Part shown: in pieces, positions 1-11,500 of the stretch
Numbering within the stretch: position 1 is the first letter of the stretch
How the letters are laid out: each line of letters begins with the position of its first letter
NCBI GenBank assembly: GCA_965178125.1
Contig: OZ237760.1
Coordinates: 558,001 to 622,000 of the forward strand
Reading direction: 5' to 3'
DNA length: 64,000 nucleotides
Origin: Bilabrum cf. latius
Taxonomy: Eukaryota
Notes under the pieces: model-generated
The model's input: the letters and a program-made list of their open reading frames with translations, nothing else
What the model was told of the DNA's origin: nothing
The model's database searches: none
Position numbers and translations under genes: made by a program

Positions 1-159
1 AAACCGAAGCAGAGCCTGCAAATGGAATTCATACAATCCACAGGGAACCAAACAGTGTGCGAAGCCATCAAAATTCTCCAAGAAACGAAAGCAAAACTCC
101 GTGTGCAGTACCAACATGGCTCACCTCGATAGTATGCTCCTCAAAAAACTGCTAGACAT
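1..159 (-). CDS. Possible 5' end of a gene running off the left edge (exon 159-125, intron 124-16, exon 15-1; MSSSFLRSILSRLCFG...)
   Basis: ATG at 159, GTGAGC donor at 124 and TTTGCAG acceptor ending at 16, matching the splice signals of other introns here. Too short for a product call. Confidence 0.3.
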
Positions 160-351
160 GCACAGCTTCCTACATTCTCAATGAACACCTAATAAGAACT
201 GGAAATTTACCGCTGAAAGCAGCTATGTCGCTCAAAATGCAGGAATTTTTGTCTGGCCGAAATGCGCGGCGCCGATCGCTGCCTTCTGGTTCCGTAATGC
301 TGAGCGACAGCAAGCGCGTCGACGGGTCAGCATCTGCGCAGTGAAGCTGCG

Positions 352-1761
352 ATGGACGGCGTAGCGACTCTTGAATTGAGCTCTCGAAAACGATCTGATC
401 TTCGGTTTTCCGTCCAGGAACTCGAAGCAAAGGAGGATGCAGGGTATGTTGACGCAGAGAGCGGTATCAGGCGCAGCGACGAGCCTTGCAAGCCAGAGGG
501 GCAGGCGCTGCGCAAGAGATCTGGGTGCATCCGCAAGAGTGTTTCGGCTCGGCTGGTTCACGTCGACAAGACCCCGCCTTGGTACAAGGCACGAGACCAC
601 GTCCTATCTGGGTATCGCATCGGACATAGCCCCCGCGACTGCGTGGTTGGGCTACTTGAGTGGCATGGGGAGACAGTCAACATCTGGACGCATGTAGTAG
701 CACTGCCAATTACTCTGATTGCGATCATGGACCTGCTGCAGCACCCTTTGGCAGAACAGGTACACCCGTGGGTGAAGGTGGGTGGAGTTTTGTGCTGCTC
801 CACTGCCGTGAATTTGTTGGCATGGAGCATATTGGCCCACGTGTTCCACTGCCTTTCCCCGTGGCATCAAAACTAGCTTTGGTGTATCGATATTGTGAGC
901 ATTAAGTTCGTCTGGCTGGCACGGGCAGTCATGGAAATGTACTTTGTACTATTCCACTGGGAGCTCGTGGTGTTGCCAGCTATTCTTCTTGCCGTCGCAT
1001 TTGCCTTTCTGATGCCACTGGCTGTTAACTTTGGCGAGGTGACAAAGAAGCGGCCAAGGCACGAGCTGTTTGCAGTACTGGCTCTGCTCGGGCAACTGCC
1101 CACCATCCTCCACGGCACACTCGCATTCAGGCCAAGGCTCGTAGCAGCTGCCTGTTCCTGCTTGCTCTGGGCTAGCAAAGCAATGGGCGCGATCAGTAGT
1201 CCAGAACACGCCATGGATCGGTAGCTCTCGCCCTGGCTGAGCCCCAGTGCGGCGAATGGGGCCGGGGAGCAGCCCGCAGGGCTTGTAGGGGAAACAGGGG
1301 CTGGGACGGCACACGAAACAAAAAGTACGGTGGTGCACGGTAGGAGTGGAGGTGGTGCATTGGGTGGCGGCACCGCCACGGAAGCCGGCGCAGGACTTTC
1401 TGAGCCGGTGGGCAGCGAGAGCATTGTGTGGCATGTGTACGGCTGGTTCACAGAGCCCACGATGGGGAGGGAGGACTGGCAGCATGTGGCGTAGGTGCTG
1501 GGCCCAGCGGCTGTAGACGGCGTGCAGGGGGTGCACTCCAGGACAGCCGTGCAGTACGCGCTGATTAGCACCGCGATTGGGTTCCTTGCCATGGTGATTT
1601 TTGCCAGCAGAGTGCCCGAGCGATGGTACCCCGGCAGGTTTGACCTGGTGGGGCAGAGTCACAACATCTGGCACGTGCTTGGGGCGCTTAGCCCGCTCGT
1701 GTGGATGTGGTACGTGGCACCGGCTTGCCTGGAGTGGAGGTACGGTGGGGGCGCGGCGTGA
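352..1761 (+). CDS. PAQR / hemolysin-III (adiponectin-receptor-like) membrane protein, copy 1, 469 aa with TAG=Gln
   Basis: ORFs 352-876, 895-1224 and 1495-1761 share one frame and are separated only by TAG at 874, 1222 and 1492; ends TGA. Motifs GYR, HGETVNIWTH, AHVFHC, VPERWYPGRFDLVGQSHNIWH. Confidence 0.9.
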
Positions 1762-2002
1762 TGGTGCCAGCGTGATGACTCATGGGGCTTTCAGCATGGA
1801 TGATTGTTGTATGGAAGTATTCGCCGGTGAATACTTAATGCGCGAGAAACTGCCTTGCGTCTGCTTCGTTTTCGCTACGTATCGCAGGCCGCTGGCGATG
1901 TCTTGAGTGTGCCCCGGTTCCGCCCGGCCGTGGCAACTTGGGCTTCCGTCTAGCAGAGACCGTCCGCATCTCGCGATCAAGGACGCGCAACAGCGCGCGT
2001 CA

Positions 2003-3319
2003 ATGCAACGATAGGCTGCAACAAGTCCACTAGACAGCATTGACACGGCGCAGAATGACCTCTCTGTTGGCAGAGAGTAGTAGACTAGCTTGGGTGAATC
2101 GACAGGTGGAAGCGGTAGCGATAGCGATACTGCTGTCCGACACGGCTCTGGCTGCATCCGAAAGAGCACATCTGCACGAATCGTTCACATAAAAAAGGCA
2201 CCTGGCTGGTACAAGCCGAGGGACCACGTTTGGACCGGCTACAGGGTTGATCACAGCGCCATCGACTGCGTGGTCGGGCTCTTTGAGTGGCATGGGGAGA
2301 CCGTAAACATATGGAGCCACGTAGTAGCTATGCTAGTTACCATTGTCTCTCTGGTGTGGCTTGCGACCTGCAAGGAGTCGTAGCAGGCACCGGTTTATGT
2401 TGTGTTAAGCGGCTGCGTGCTCCTGTCTAGCGTTTTGAACATGTTTGGCTGGTCTGTGGTGGCCCACGTGTTCCACTGTATTTCGCCATGGCATTAGAAT
2501 CATCTATGGTGCGTAGATATTCTCAGCATCAAGTTCGTCTGGCTGGCTCGTGCGATCATGGAGCTCTTTTTCCTTGTTCACAGGGAGGAACTCATCGTCG
2601 CCCCGGTTGCATTGCTTGCGGTCGTTTACGCGTTGGTAATGCCGGTTGCTGTAAATTTTGGCGAGGTTACCAAGAAGATGCCAAGGTTCGAGCTATTCAC
2701 CTTGCTTGCCTTGCTAGCGCACGGTCCGACGCTATTGCACTATCTTCTAGCGTTCAGGCCCAGAGTGGTTGCAGCCGGATGCTCTGTGCTTCTTGAAATA
2801 GCCTGGCGTGCTGGATCACCGCTAGGTTCGAGTTATCAGGGGTCTGCCGGAAGTTGGTAGCTGTCCTCATCGATTCGGCCAGACACTGATCACGGCCCCG
2901 CCGGCGCGTCGGAGCTAGCAGCTGCTTCCCACGCCCCGGGCGCACTGAGGTCAAGTGAAAATATCGATGAGTTCTCACATGGCGCAAGTGACGTATACAG
3001 TTGGTTCACAGAGCCCACGATGGGTCACGAGCGCTGGGCGCTCGTCGCCAAGGTGCTGGGCCCAGCGGCTGTAGACGGCGTGCAGGGGGTGCACTCCAGG
3101 ACAGCCGTGTAGTACGCGCTGATTAGCACCGCGATTGGGTTTCTTGCCATGGTTATTTACGTCTCAAAGGTGCCCGAGCGATGGTACCCCGGCAGGTTTG
3201 ACCTGGTGGGGCAGAGTCACAACATCTGGCATGTGCTTGGGGCGCTTAGCCCGCTCGTGTGGATGTGGTACGTGGCACCGGCTTGCCTGGAGTGGAGGTA
3301 CGGTGGGGGCGCGGCGTGA
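2003..3319 (+). CDS. PAQR / hemolysin-III membrane protein, copy 2, 438 aa with TAG=Gln
   Basis: ATG 2003, in-frame TAG at 2012, 2078, 2081, 2381, 2495, 2858 and 3110, TGA at 3317-3319. Motifs HGETVNIWSH and VPERWYPGRFDLVGQSHNIWH. Collinear paralog of 352-1761. Confidence 0.88.
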
Positions 3320-3533
3320 GATGCGACTCTCAGGCAGCAATTATATGCAGTGGCCGCCCGGCAGCTTTTCACGGAGGCAGTGCGTTCATGTGTCTTGCAA
3401 GGCCAACATGTACAGTGTAGAGTGGTATTGATAGTATTGAGGGCCAATTTGAGGCCAGAGGCAACGATGACTACCCATTTAAGATACTAAACTGCTAGCA
3501 CATTCAATCAAACACGTCACCATTCGGCTTGGT

Positions 3534-4841
3534 TCAACTGATATCGAACAAATCCTTCGGCAGATCGCTCGCAGCTGGGTAGCTCGTCTACGTCCCATGC
3601 TTTCCCACGGATGTGCTCGCTACATACCCCGCAGCCTGAGCCGCCTTGCACAACGCGTCAATGTCCTTGACAGCGGCCCTGGCGCTCGACCGCATCGCAG
3701 TCCCGGTGCCCGACTCGCCCCCTGCCCCGCTACCGCCCAGTCCACTGTTCCCCCCTCCGCACAGCGCGTGCACGAGTGCTCCATTGAACGCGTCCCCGGC
3801 TCCGGTGGTGTCCACCACGTCCCATGCTCCGCCCTCTGCAGCCCCAGCACCCTCGCCCTCACCCCCTTGCGCTGCACTGCCATGCGATGCACCTTTGAGC
3901 TGCTTTCCCCGTGGAGGCAGGAGCCCCACCCTCCTGGTCTCTACGCGCCCCCCCTCCCCTCGCACAGCCACGAGGCTCCCTGCGGAACCAAGAGTTACCA
4001 CCGCGGCGCCGACTCCATACACCTCCAGAATATCGGCGACATCGCGCTCTGGACTGCTGTCCTCTTCCTGCCTGCCTTCTCCACCTGCAGCTGGAGGCAT
4101 TCCCTCTCTGCTGGTCTTGCTGGCCCCTGTGGCTGCACCGCTGCCTTCAGAAGCAGCAGAGCCAGCCTTAGGCGCAGCTTCTATCTTGGCGCGTCTGGCA
4201 GCCTTTGCTAGTAGCGCACACTCGCTCTGGTTCGGTGTGACGAGATCGACCGTGCCGCAGAGGTCCGCTGGGAGCCCGCCCTCGGGGGCAGGGGCGGGAT
4301 TCAGAACGACGAGCGGCCGGTCCGTGCCCTTGCTGGCACCCATGTCGCCGATAGATGCATCTGCATCTGATGCTGGAGCATGCGCTACCTGGGCTGCCGC
4401 TGCGGCCGTATCCAACGGGACTTCGAGTTGCAGCAGGACCACTGCCGCGTTCCTAATATCCTCATGGCACGATCGAACGTGAGAGGGGCTAAGCATGCCG
4501 TTTGCCCCCGGAACAACAATAATAGAATTGTCACCGCTTGACGAGGAAACCATTATCATTGCTATTCCGGTTGGCGCGCCGCTAGTCCTTGCGATGCTTG
4601 AAGGATCGACTCCGATTCGTTCAAAGTGTCGAATATATTCTTCGCCATCCGTGTCATTGCCTGCCATACCAATGAATTTACATTGGGCCCCTAGCATTGA
4701 AACGATTACCGCTTGGTTGGCACCTTTGCCGCCGAAACTCCTGCTGAACATGGATCCAAGAATCGTCTCTCCGTCTGTCGGAATGCGTGGAGCGACAGCC
4801 GTTAGATCTCTAGACATAGATCCAACAATGACAACACTCAT
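3534..4841 (-). CDS. RBKS: Ribokinase (PfkB family), 435 aa
   Basis: VIVGS, FGGKGANQA, PTGIAMI, LNPAPA, TPNQSE, VDTTGAGDAFNGAL. The TAG at 3590-3588 reads through to GT(Q)TSYP...DLPKDLF, matching the ribokinase C-terminal GxQxSxP motif. TGA at 3536-3534. Confidence 0.92.
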
Positions 4842-5558
4842 GTCGGAAATGGGCTACCGTTGCCTTGTTGGTACTGATTTGTGAATTCCTTTTCTTGGTC
4901 ATGTTGTTCCGGTTTGTGGTCCATAAGCTGCCGACCTCGCGTCGCGCCACGGGGTACTGTAACGGGTTGCACGAGGCACTTGTTGGATTTTGTGCGTATT
5001 TTGACCAGACCGGCTGGCTCAAAAATAAAATAAGCAAGAACAATCTTTGTTTGATTGGGATCCAGGTGAGACATACATGCCAAAAGAGACCCATGGGCCT
5101 TCCTCCCCGGCGATCTTTGGGAATTCCTTGGGTGCTTTGCATTCAAACAGCCAACGAACGTACTATTTGGGATTTATTTATTATGTTACACCATGTCGTC
5201 GTGTTCAATCAGTTTTGGCTTCGGCAATGACGTTATAAACGGCAGAGTTGTCGACAGCTGGTGCTGCAGCGATTCCAGCCGACCGCAATATGCTTTCTTT
5301 CCAAGACTTTTGACAATGAGACTCAACAGTGATGTAGTGACGACTTGGCCTGCTCGTGTGTTTACCTTGGCTTGTTCGCTTTTTCGCATCACCGGGAGAT
5401 ATAGGCATGATGCCAAACCCGAGAACAGGGAATAGCTAGCCCACGAGGCTTTGGTGCAATGCCCCTCCTGCACTCACAACAGCTTCATTTTGGCCAATCG
5501 GCCCCAAATTCGCATTGTTCATCGCAGCTAAATAGAAGTACTGCAAGGGTAAAGCAGT

Positions 5559-8500
5559 ATGGCGTCGAAAGCGCCAGACTTGAAAGAGAGCAATGAGAGA
5601 ATCACTCAGGCCACCAAGTGGCTTACGCAGAGGTTGCATTCATTCCTAAAAGATGAAACAGCCCTATCAGAAGCTTCCAAGAAGCTACCGAGCGTGCCTC
5701 TTCTGGAGGCGTGGTCGAAAACGGAGGCCGCGGACACAGCCCGATCCATGGCCGAAGATGAGGTCGCTCTCGCAGCCACCTCGCTGCACCACCCGACACG
5801 CACAGATCGCCACTCCGCCGTGAGCGACTTCAAAGAACTTTCGCTGAAGGTGCCTGCCGCTGTGCGCGAAGACACGCACCGTCAGCGCGTGGCCTCGGTT
5901 CTCCTCGAAATGGCCAGGAGGCTCAACCCCACCGCGGTGCGCGAGGCCATGGAGGTCATCCTCGGCGAGGACGAGGACAGCAGCGACGACGCTGTTGCAG
6001 CGCAAGGCGAGGCCGGCGATGCTGCGGGTCTTTCCGGCGACGCCGGACTGGGGCTGGAGGATGAGGACGGTGCTGCGGCGGCCGGTTCCGGCTCCCTCGT
6101 GCTGCAGGGAGCAGACTCCGCTAGCCTGAAGAAATCCAAGGAGATCTCCGGCGCGGAGTTCCAGACCCTTTCTGCGACCTCCATGTCACTGGCTATCATC
6201 AGGGTGCTCCACAAGAAGGAGCCTGCCCTGTTCGCAGCGGCAGCCGAGGGGCTCGTCAAGCTGCTGCTGAGGGCACAACTGGGATCGGAGGCGTCAGGGC
6301 AGCTGCTGACCGAGCTCATGGCCACGGCCGATTCGGTCCTCGGGGACGGCCTAAAGGAGCCATCCTATGAGGGAACAGGGGCCGTGGTGGTTGCCTCGGC
6401 TAAAGAGGATGGCCTCCGCTGGGCCCCGACCGAGCAGCAGCTGCACGCTGCGGTGCTGAGGCTAGCAGCTTCCGTGTCTCGGGGTAACCTCGCAGAGACG
6501 CTGCAGATCCTCACTCGGCTGCGGCACTCCAAGGCTACTGGAGTGAGTATGCCAGGCACAGCAAGGATGGTCATGGAAAAGCTCTGCGCCCCCCTGCGGA
6601 TCAGCTCGGAGAGTGCACGGGCGCAGGCCCTCGCGGAGGCTGGACTGCTGTGCACGGCAGGCGGCGGAGGCGGAGGTGCCATTAAGGAGTACTACTTCAA
6701 CCGCCTGAACCCTTCCAGCGATGGAAACTCGCAGAACTCAACGTGGGGCATGGGCCCGTCCTCCCGCGATGCAGTCAAGCTCAAGGTCAGCAAGCCTGTC
6801 GTCGTGCTTGGCGTGGGGTCGTACGGCGGCAACCACGGGACGTACAAGCCGCTTTGCGAGCTACACAAAGGCAGCGGGAGCACGAGCTCGAGCACCAAGC
6901 TGACGGAGGGCCAGTCAGAGTACACCGGCATGACGCATCAGGAGGTGATGCGGGTGCACTACAAGTAGGCCGTGTACCTGAAGGCGGACGAAGACTACAC
7001 GTTCATCCAGTACATGAAGAACGGAAGCTGTAGCGGTTATTACGGCAGCAGCGGGTAGAGCAGAAAGCACGAGGCGACGGACATTCGATTCGACTGGTCC
7101 AGCGCCAGCGGTGGCACTAACGGCACCGACAGCAACACTGGGTAGGTGCCCAGAGTCTACTTTATCCCCGCCCCGGCGGACGAGAAGGCGGGTGAGAAGC
7201 TGGCCAAGCGTGCCACAAAGTGGATGGAGTCTCAGATCAAGAAGGGGTACAAGAAAGGTGCCCTCAAGGAGGACGGCTCCGAGATCGGCCCGCCCAAGCA
7301 CAAGGTCAAGGACTGCTTCCGGGAGGTCGAGGTCGGCGGCGATGGAACCGGCTCCCGGAGATCGGGCGGTGGAGGGGCTGGAGCGGTGAGTGGCGGCTCC
7401 GACATGTCCTTCGTCAGCGGCTCCGAGATCCCGGAGGATGACGAGAGCGGCAAGACCCTCCTGGCCACCGGGCTGTCCCCCGGGGCCGTGAGCGGGTCCT
7501 TCATGGCGGGGGTGGACTCTGCGCCGATCCTGCCCGAGGGCACGCTCCGGACGGACGGGTCTGCGTACGCTGACGTCACCGCAGGCGTGTCTTTGCAGGG
7601 CACGCAGGCTGCAGTCCTGTCCGCGGACGGCCGCACCGTGCAGTTCCTGCCCGTGCGAGCCATCGGCGCGGGCTCCAAGTCGTTCACCAGCGAGCAGTGG
7701 TCTGCCGAGAACGAGGGCGAGGACCCGGAACCGGAATCCGAGGCGACGCGTGCGGCCGTGGAGGCCGCGGGTGCCCAGGCTCGCGCGGCCCAGTCCGCTC
7801 TGGAGATAGGGGAGCAGGAAGTTGGCGTGGGCGTAGCTGCTATCGCCGACCGCGTCTTCGTGCGCGTGGTGGAAGCCAGCGCCGGTGCTGCGGCGGGGTC
7901 TAGTTCCGTCGGCGCCGCGATTGCAGAGGCTGCCGGCGCGCCGGTGCGGGTCGCGGTGTTCGACAAGGCAACTCGCGCTCGCGTCGGTACCATCACGCTG
8001 AAGAACGCTGACGGCACTCCCCAGCTCGGGGGCGGGTTCGGGCTCGTCACCAACGGCGAGAGCCTGTTCATCCCGACGGTACAGCTGATGGCCTCGGGTG
8101 CTGCCAGCAGCGCAGCAGGTGCTGCGGCCGACGAGCAGGAGGCCACTCGCAAAGGCCTGGGCCTCCCAGTGCTGGCGGCTGTGGACCCCTTCGCTCCCGC
8201 AATGGATGGGGGCACAGGTGCCAAGACGGCGGTCGCCTCCGTGGCGCATGTGCTTGCCCGCGCGCAGCACCTGGTTATCCAGGAAGGCATCACTGCCCAC
8301 GAGGCGCTCTGCAGGCTGACGCACCTGACCGACGGGCGACTGGTGCTGGCGGCCGACAGGATTCTCAGCAGCTTCGCGCCGCCGTCGGACGAGGATGACG
8401 AGGAGGAGGAGCCCAAGATGATGGATGGGTACCAGGTCTACGGCGAGCGCGTCAGGATGGTCGAAGCTTCCTAGACGGCGGAGGCCAGCACGGCCTCGGA

Positions 8501-11500
8501 CGGTGCCCAACTGGTGTCGTGCCTGGCAGCCAAGGGCAAGACAGAGGACTACGCCCTGCCCAGCTTCCGGCCTGATGCCCTCGCCTTCAACGCGGCGACG
8601 AGTGTGATCGTCGGCGTGGATGCCTCGAACGGCGCGATCGGCGTGATGCTCAACCCAGCCACGCCGCGGTCTACCCCCGCAGTGGCAGGGATGGCCCCTC
8701 ACGGCTTCAAGCACGTCGAGTCTGCCGTTGGTAGGAGCGGCAAGGGCTCCAGGGACGTGGATCCCTCCGAATTCGCGCTGCAGGCCATCATGGCACTGGA
8801 GGAAAGGGCGGCATCGCTGGCCAGGCCCCTAGAGACGCAGGAGTACCCGGCCCGGCTCGCAGGTGCCGGAGAACAGGCCTACAGCGGTGCCATCGGCGAC
8901 GCCGGCGTGGCGCTGCAGGTGAGCACCAAGACGATGGTAGCTATCGTGGGTGCGATGGAGCGCGCCATTCGCCGTGGGGATGCAGTGCTTGTCCGCATGC
9001 TGATCGGGCTGGCCCATGCCCACCTGCAGTCGGCCAAGTCTGCTGGCGCTAAATCGGTGCGAGCCATCACCTTGCGCCCAATGCGGCAGGGCGAGGCCGA
9101 TGCCTCCAAGCCCAAACTCGGGGCAGACATGCTGCTGAGTCGCGCCTCGTGCCCGCAGTAGTGGCAGAAGAAGACCGTGTGGTTCTCCTCTATGGTGTCC
9201 AAGAAGGGCTCAGCCAAGAGCAAGAGCGGCGCCGGCACCAAGGTCCCGGTCAAGGTCCAGGAGTGGGTCACCAAGCTGCGCAGCCTGGCTCAGGTCTTCA
9301 TGGACGACCGTGAGGCGCTGCAGCTGACTAAAGCAGCGGGATGCCTGAGTCCCCCGAGGGCAGCTCGTGCTCTAGGCACTTGCGCGGCTGCCATGCTATT
9401 CCAGGCCGTTGACGTGTTCTACCCTCTACCCAGCGACCAGGCCACTCAGCTGGCCATGCTGCTCGGCAAGGTGGCCGGGCAGAGCGACGACGGCGGCCCG
9501 GCGTCCGGTGCCGGCAGCGACGGGGGCGCTGCGTCGGGAGGTGCCACTTCTGGCAGCGCGGCCACGTCTCTCAGCAGCCTCCTGGGCAGGAACCAGGATC
9601 TGCAGTTCATCATGAACATCGCGGAGGGCGCTGGCCTGCTGCCTGCCACTGGCGATAGCGAGCTGCTCCTAGTCGGCGACGGCGAGGAGGCGGACGACGA
9701 CGGCGAGGGCAAGACTGAGGAGGCGGCGGAATCCAAGACGTCCGACGGCCCCGCTGCATCTGGCGCCGGCGCTTCGGAATCCAAGGGCGGCGAGGGTGCG
9801 GACTCCAGCGAGGAGCAGGAACACCACGAAGAAGAGCAGGACCCGGCGGCTATCCTCGCGGCGCCGCTGCCGTCACTGCTCGCGGACCTGCTCGGCCTTG
9901 TCAAGAACGGGGCTGCCGCCGCGATCCGATCCTCGCACGACGCAGCCTCGGGCAGCGGCAGTGGGTTCTCGAGCCTTCACAAGCAGGCACTGGACTTCTT
10001 TTTGTCGCTGGCTCAGGTCGCTGCCGCAGGAGAGACCAGGTTCCAGGTGGCCGGGTCGGCCAAGGGCGCCCCAAAGACCATCCGCGTGTTCCCATCGCTT
10101 GTTATGGCAATGCTTCGCACGGGTGTGCAGCTGCAAAAGCAGGTGTCGGAGGCCGTCACTGCGAGCCTCAGGCCCGGCGCCGTCGTGTCCACCGGCAACC
10201 CCGGGGACCTCACCCCCGGCCAGGAGTCCGCTCTGAAGCAGGCCATCCTCCCTCTTCTGGGCTTTGCCGCTCAGGCAATCGATTCCATGTCGGCGGCGTT
10301 TCAGCCGTTCGGCTCCCTCGTTGGGGCTCCTGCCCTGATTGAGCTTCGTGAGAGCGCCGGGCTGTCGCTGGCGCTGCTTCGCTCCAGCCCCAACCTCGGC
10401 GGCGCTACTGCGGCAGAGGCGGTCAAGGCGGCAGAGGCCGTGGGGCTTGATCACACCGAGCTTCTGCGATCCGTGTCCACTGCCCCAGGCGCCGCGAGCC
10501 GAGGCACAACCGTTGTGGTCGAGGCGGCAAGCGACGAGGAGGACAGCGACGACGGAGATCTGGGCCTGACCAGGCTCTTCCGAAGACAGTCCTCGGCTGC
10601 ATCCTCTGTGGTGGCCCCTGAGCCCATGGTCAAGATGGACTCCGCTGCCATTCGGCAGAAGGAGGCGCAGGCGGCGCAGCGCGAGCTGCTGGCGCTCGGC
10701 GCATCCCTGCGAGCCCTCAGGCAGCGCGCCCTGTCCGGTGTGACTGTGCTGCTGGGCCAGCTGGCGGGGGCTGTGGCCCACGGCAAGCCTGCGGGACAGG
10801 TGGCCGAGGCCATGAAGCTGTCCGTCCTTGGCGGTGGCATCGTGAGCAGCGACAGCGACGAGATCGTGCGTGCTGCATCTGGCACTACCGACGGGTCTCC
10901 GGCCTTCCTGGACTCGCTCGTGCCGCCGCAGCCCACCCCCGCTGCACGCCAAGTGCTTCACGCCGTGGCCACCGGCTCGAAGCAGCACGGTGGCGTTGCC
11001 CTGGCAAAGAGGCTCGACAAGATCGCTAGGGTGCGCGGCCGAGACGCCCACATCCGCAAGGCAGGGCGTGCCGCGGGTGCTGCCGCCATCCTCCACAGCG
11101 GCCTGGCTGAGGAGGCCGTGCACCTGGCCAGAGTGGCACGAGCCGCGGTAAAGAACTCCGAAGAGGAGAAGCACTTCACTCCATCCAAGGAGATGCAAGA
11201 AGCCTGGAGGCAGGCGCAAGAAATCCGCTCGTGGATCTCGCTGCAGGCGGCTCGTGACCAGAGCGAGGTGCGTGCTGTCGTTGAGGCGTAGCAGCACGAC
11301 GGGCAGGAGATGCCGCTGGGCAAGGAGCCTCAGGACCTGCAGAGCCTGACCGAGACCCGTCTGGCAAAGGCTGCGCAGCAGAGGGCGCTGCTGCTCCTGG
11401 ACTTTGCCGTGCTGACTGCCTCACCGACCAGCGATGAGGTGCGCGCGGGCTGGGCCGAGACAAGCGAGAGCTTGCCCCGTGATATCTCGAGCAGGACGTA

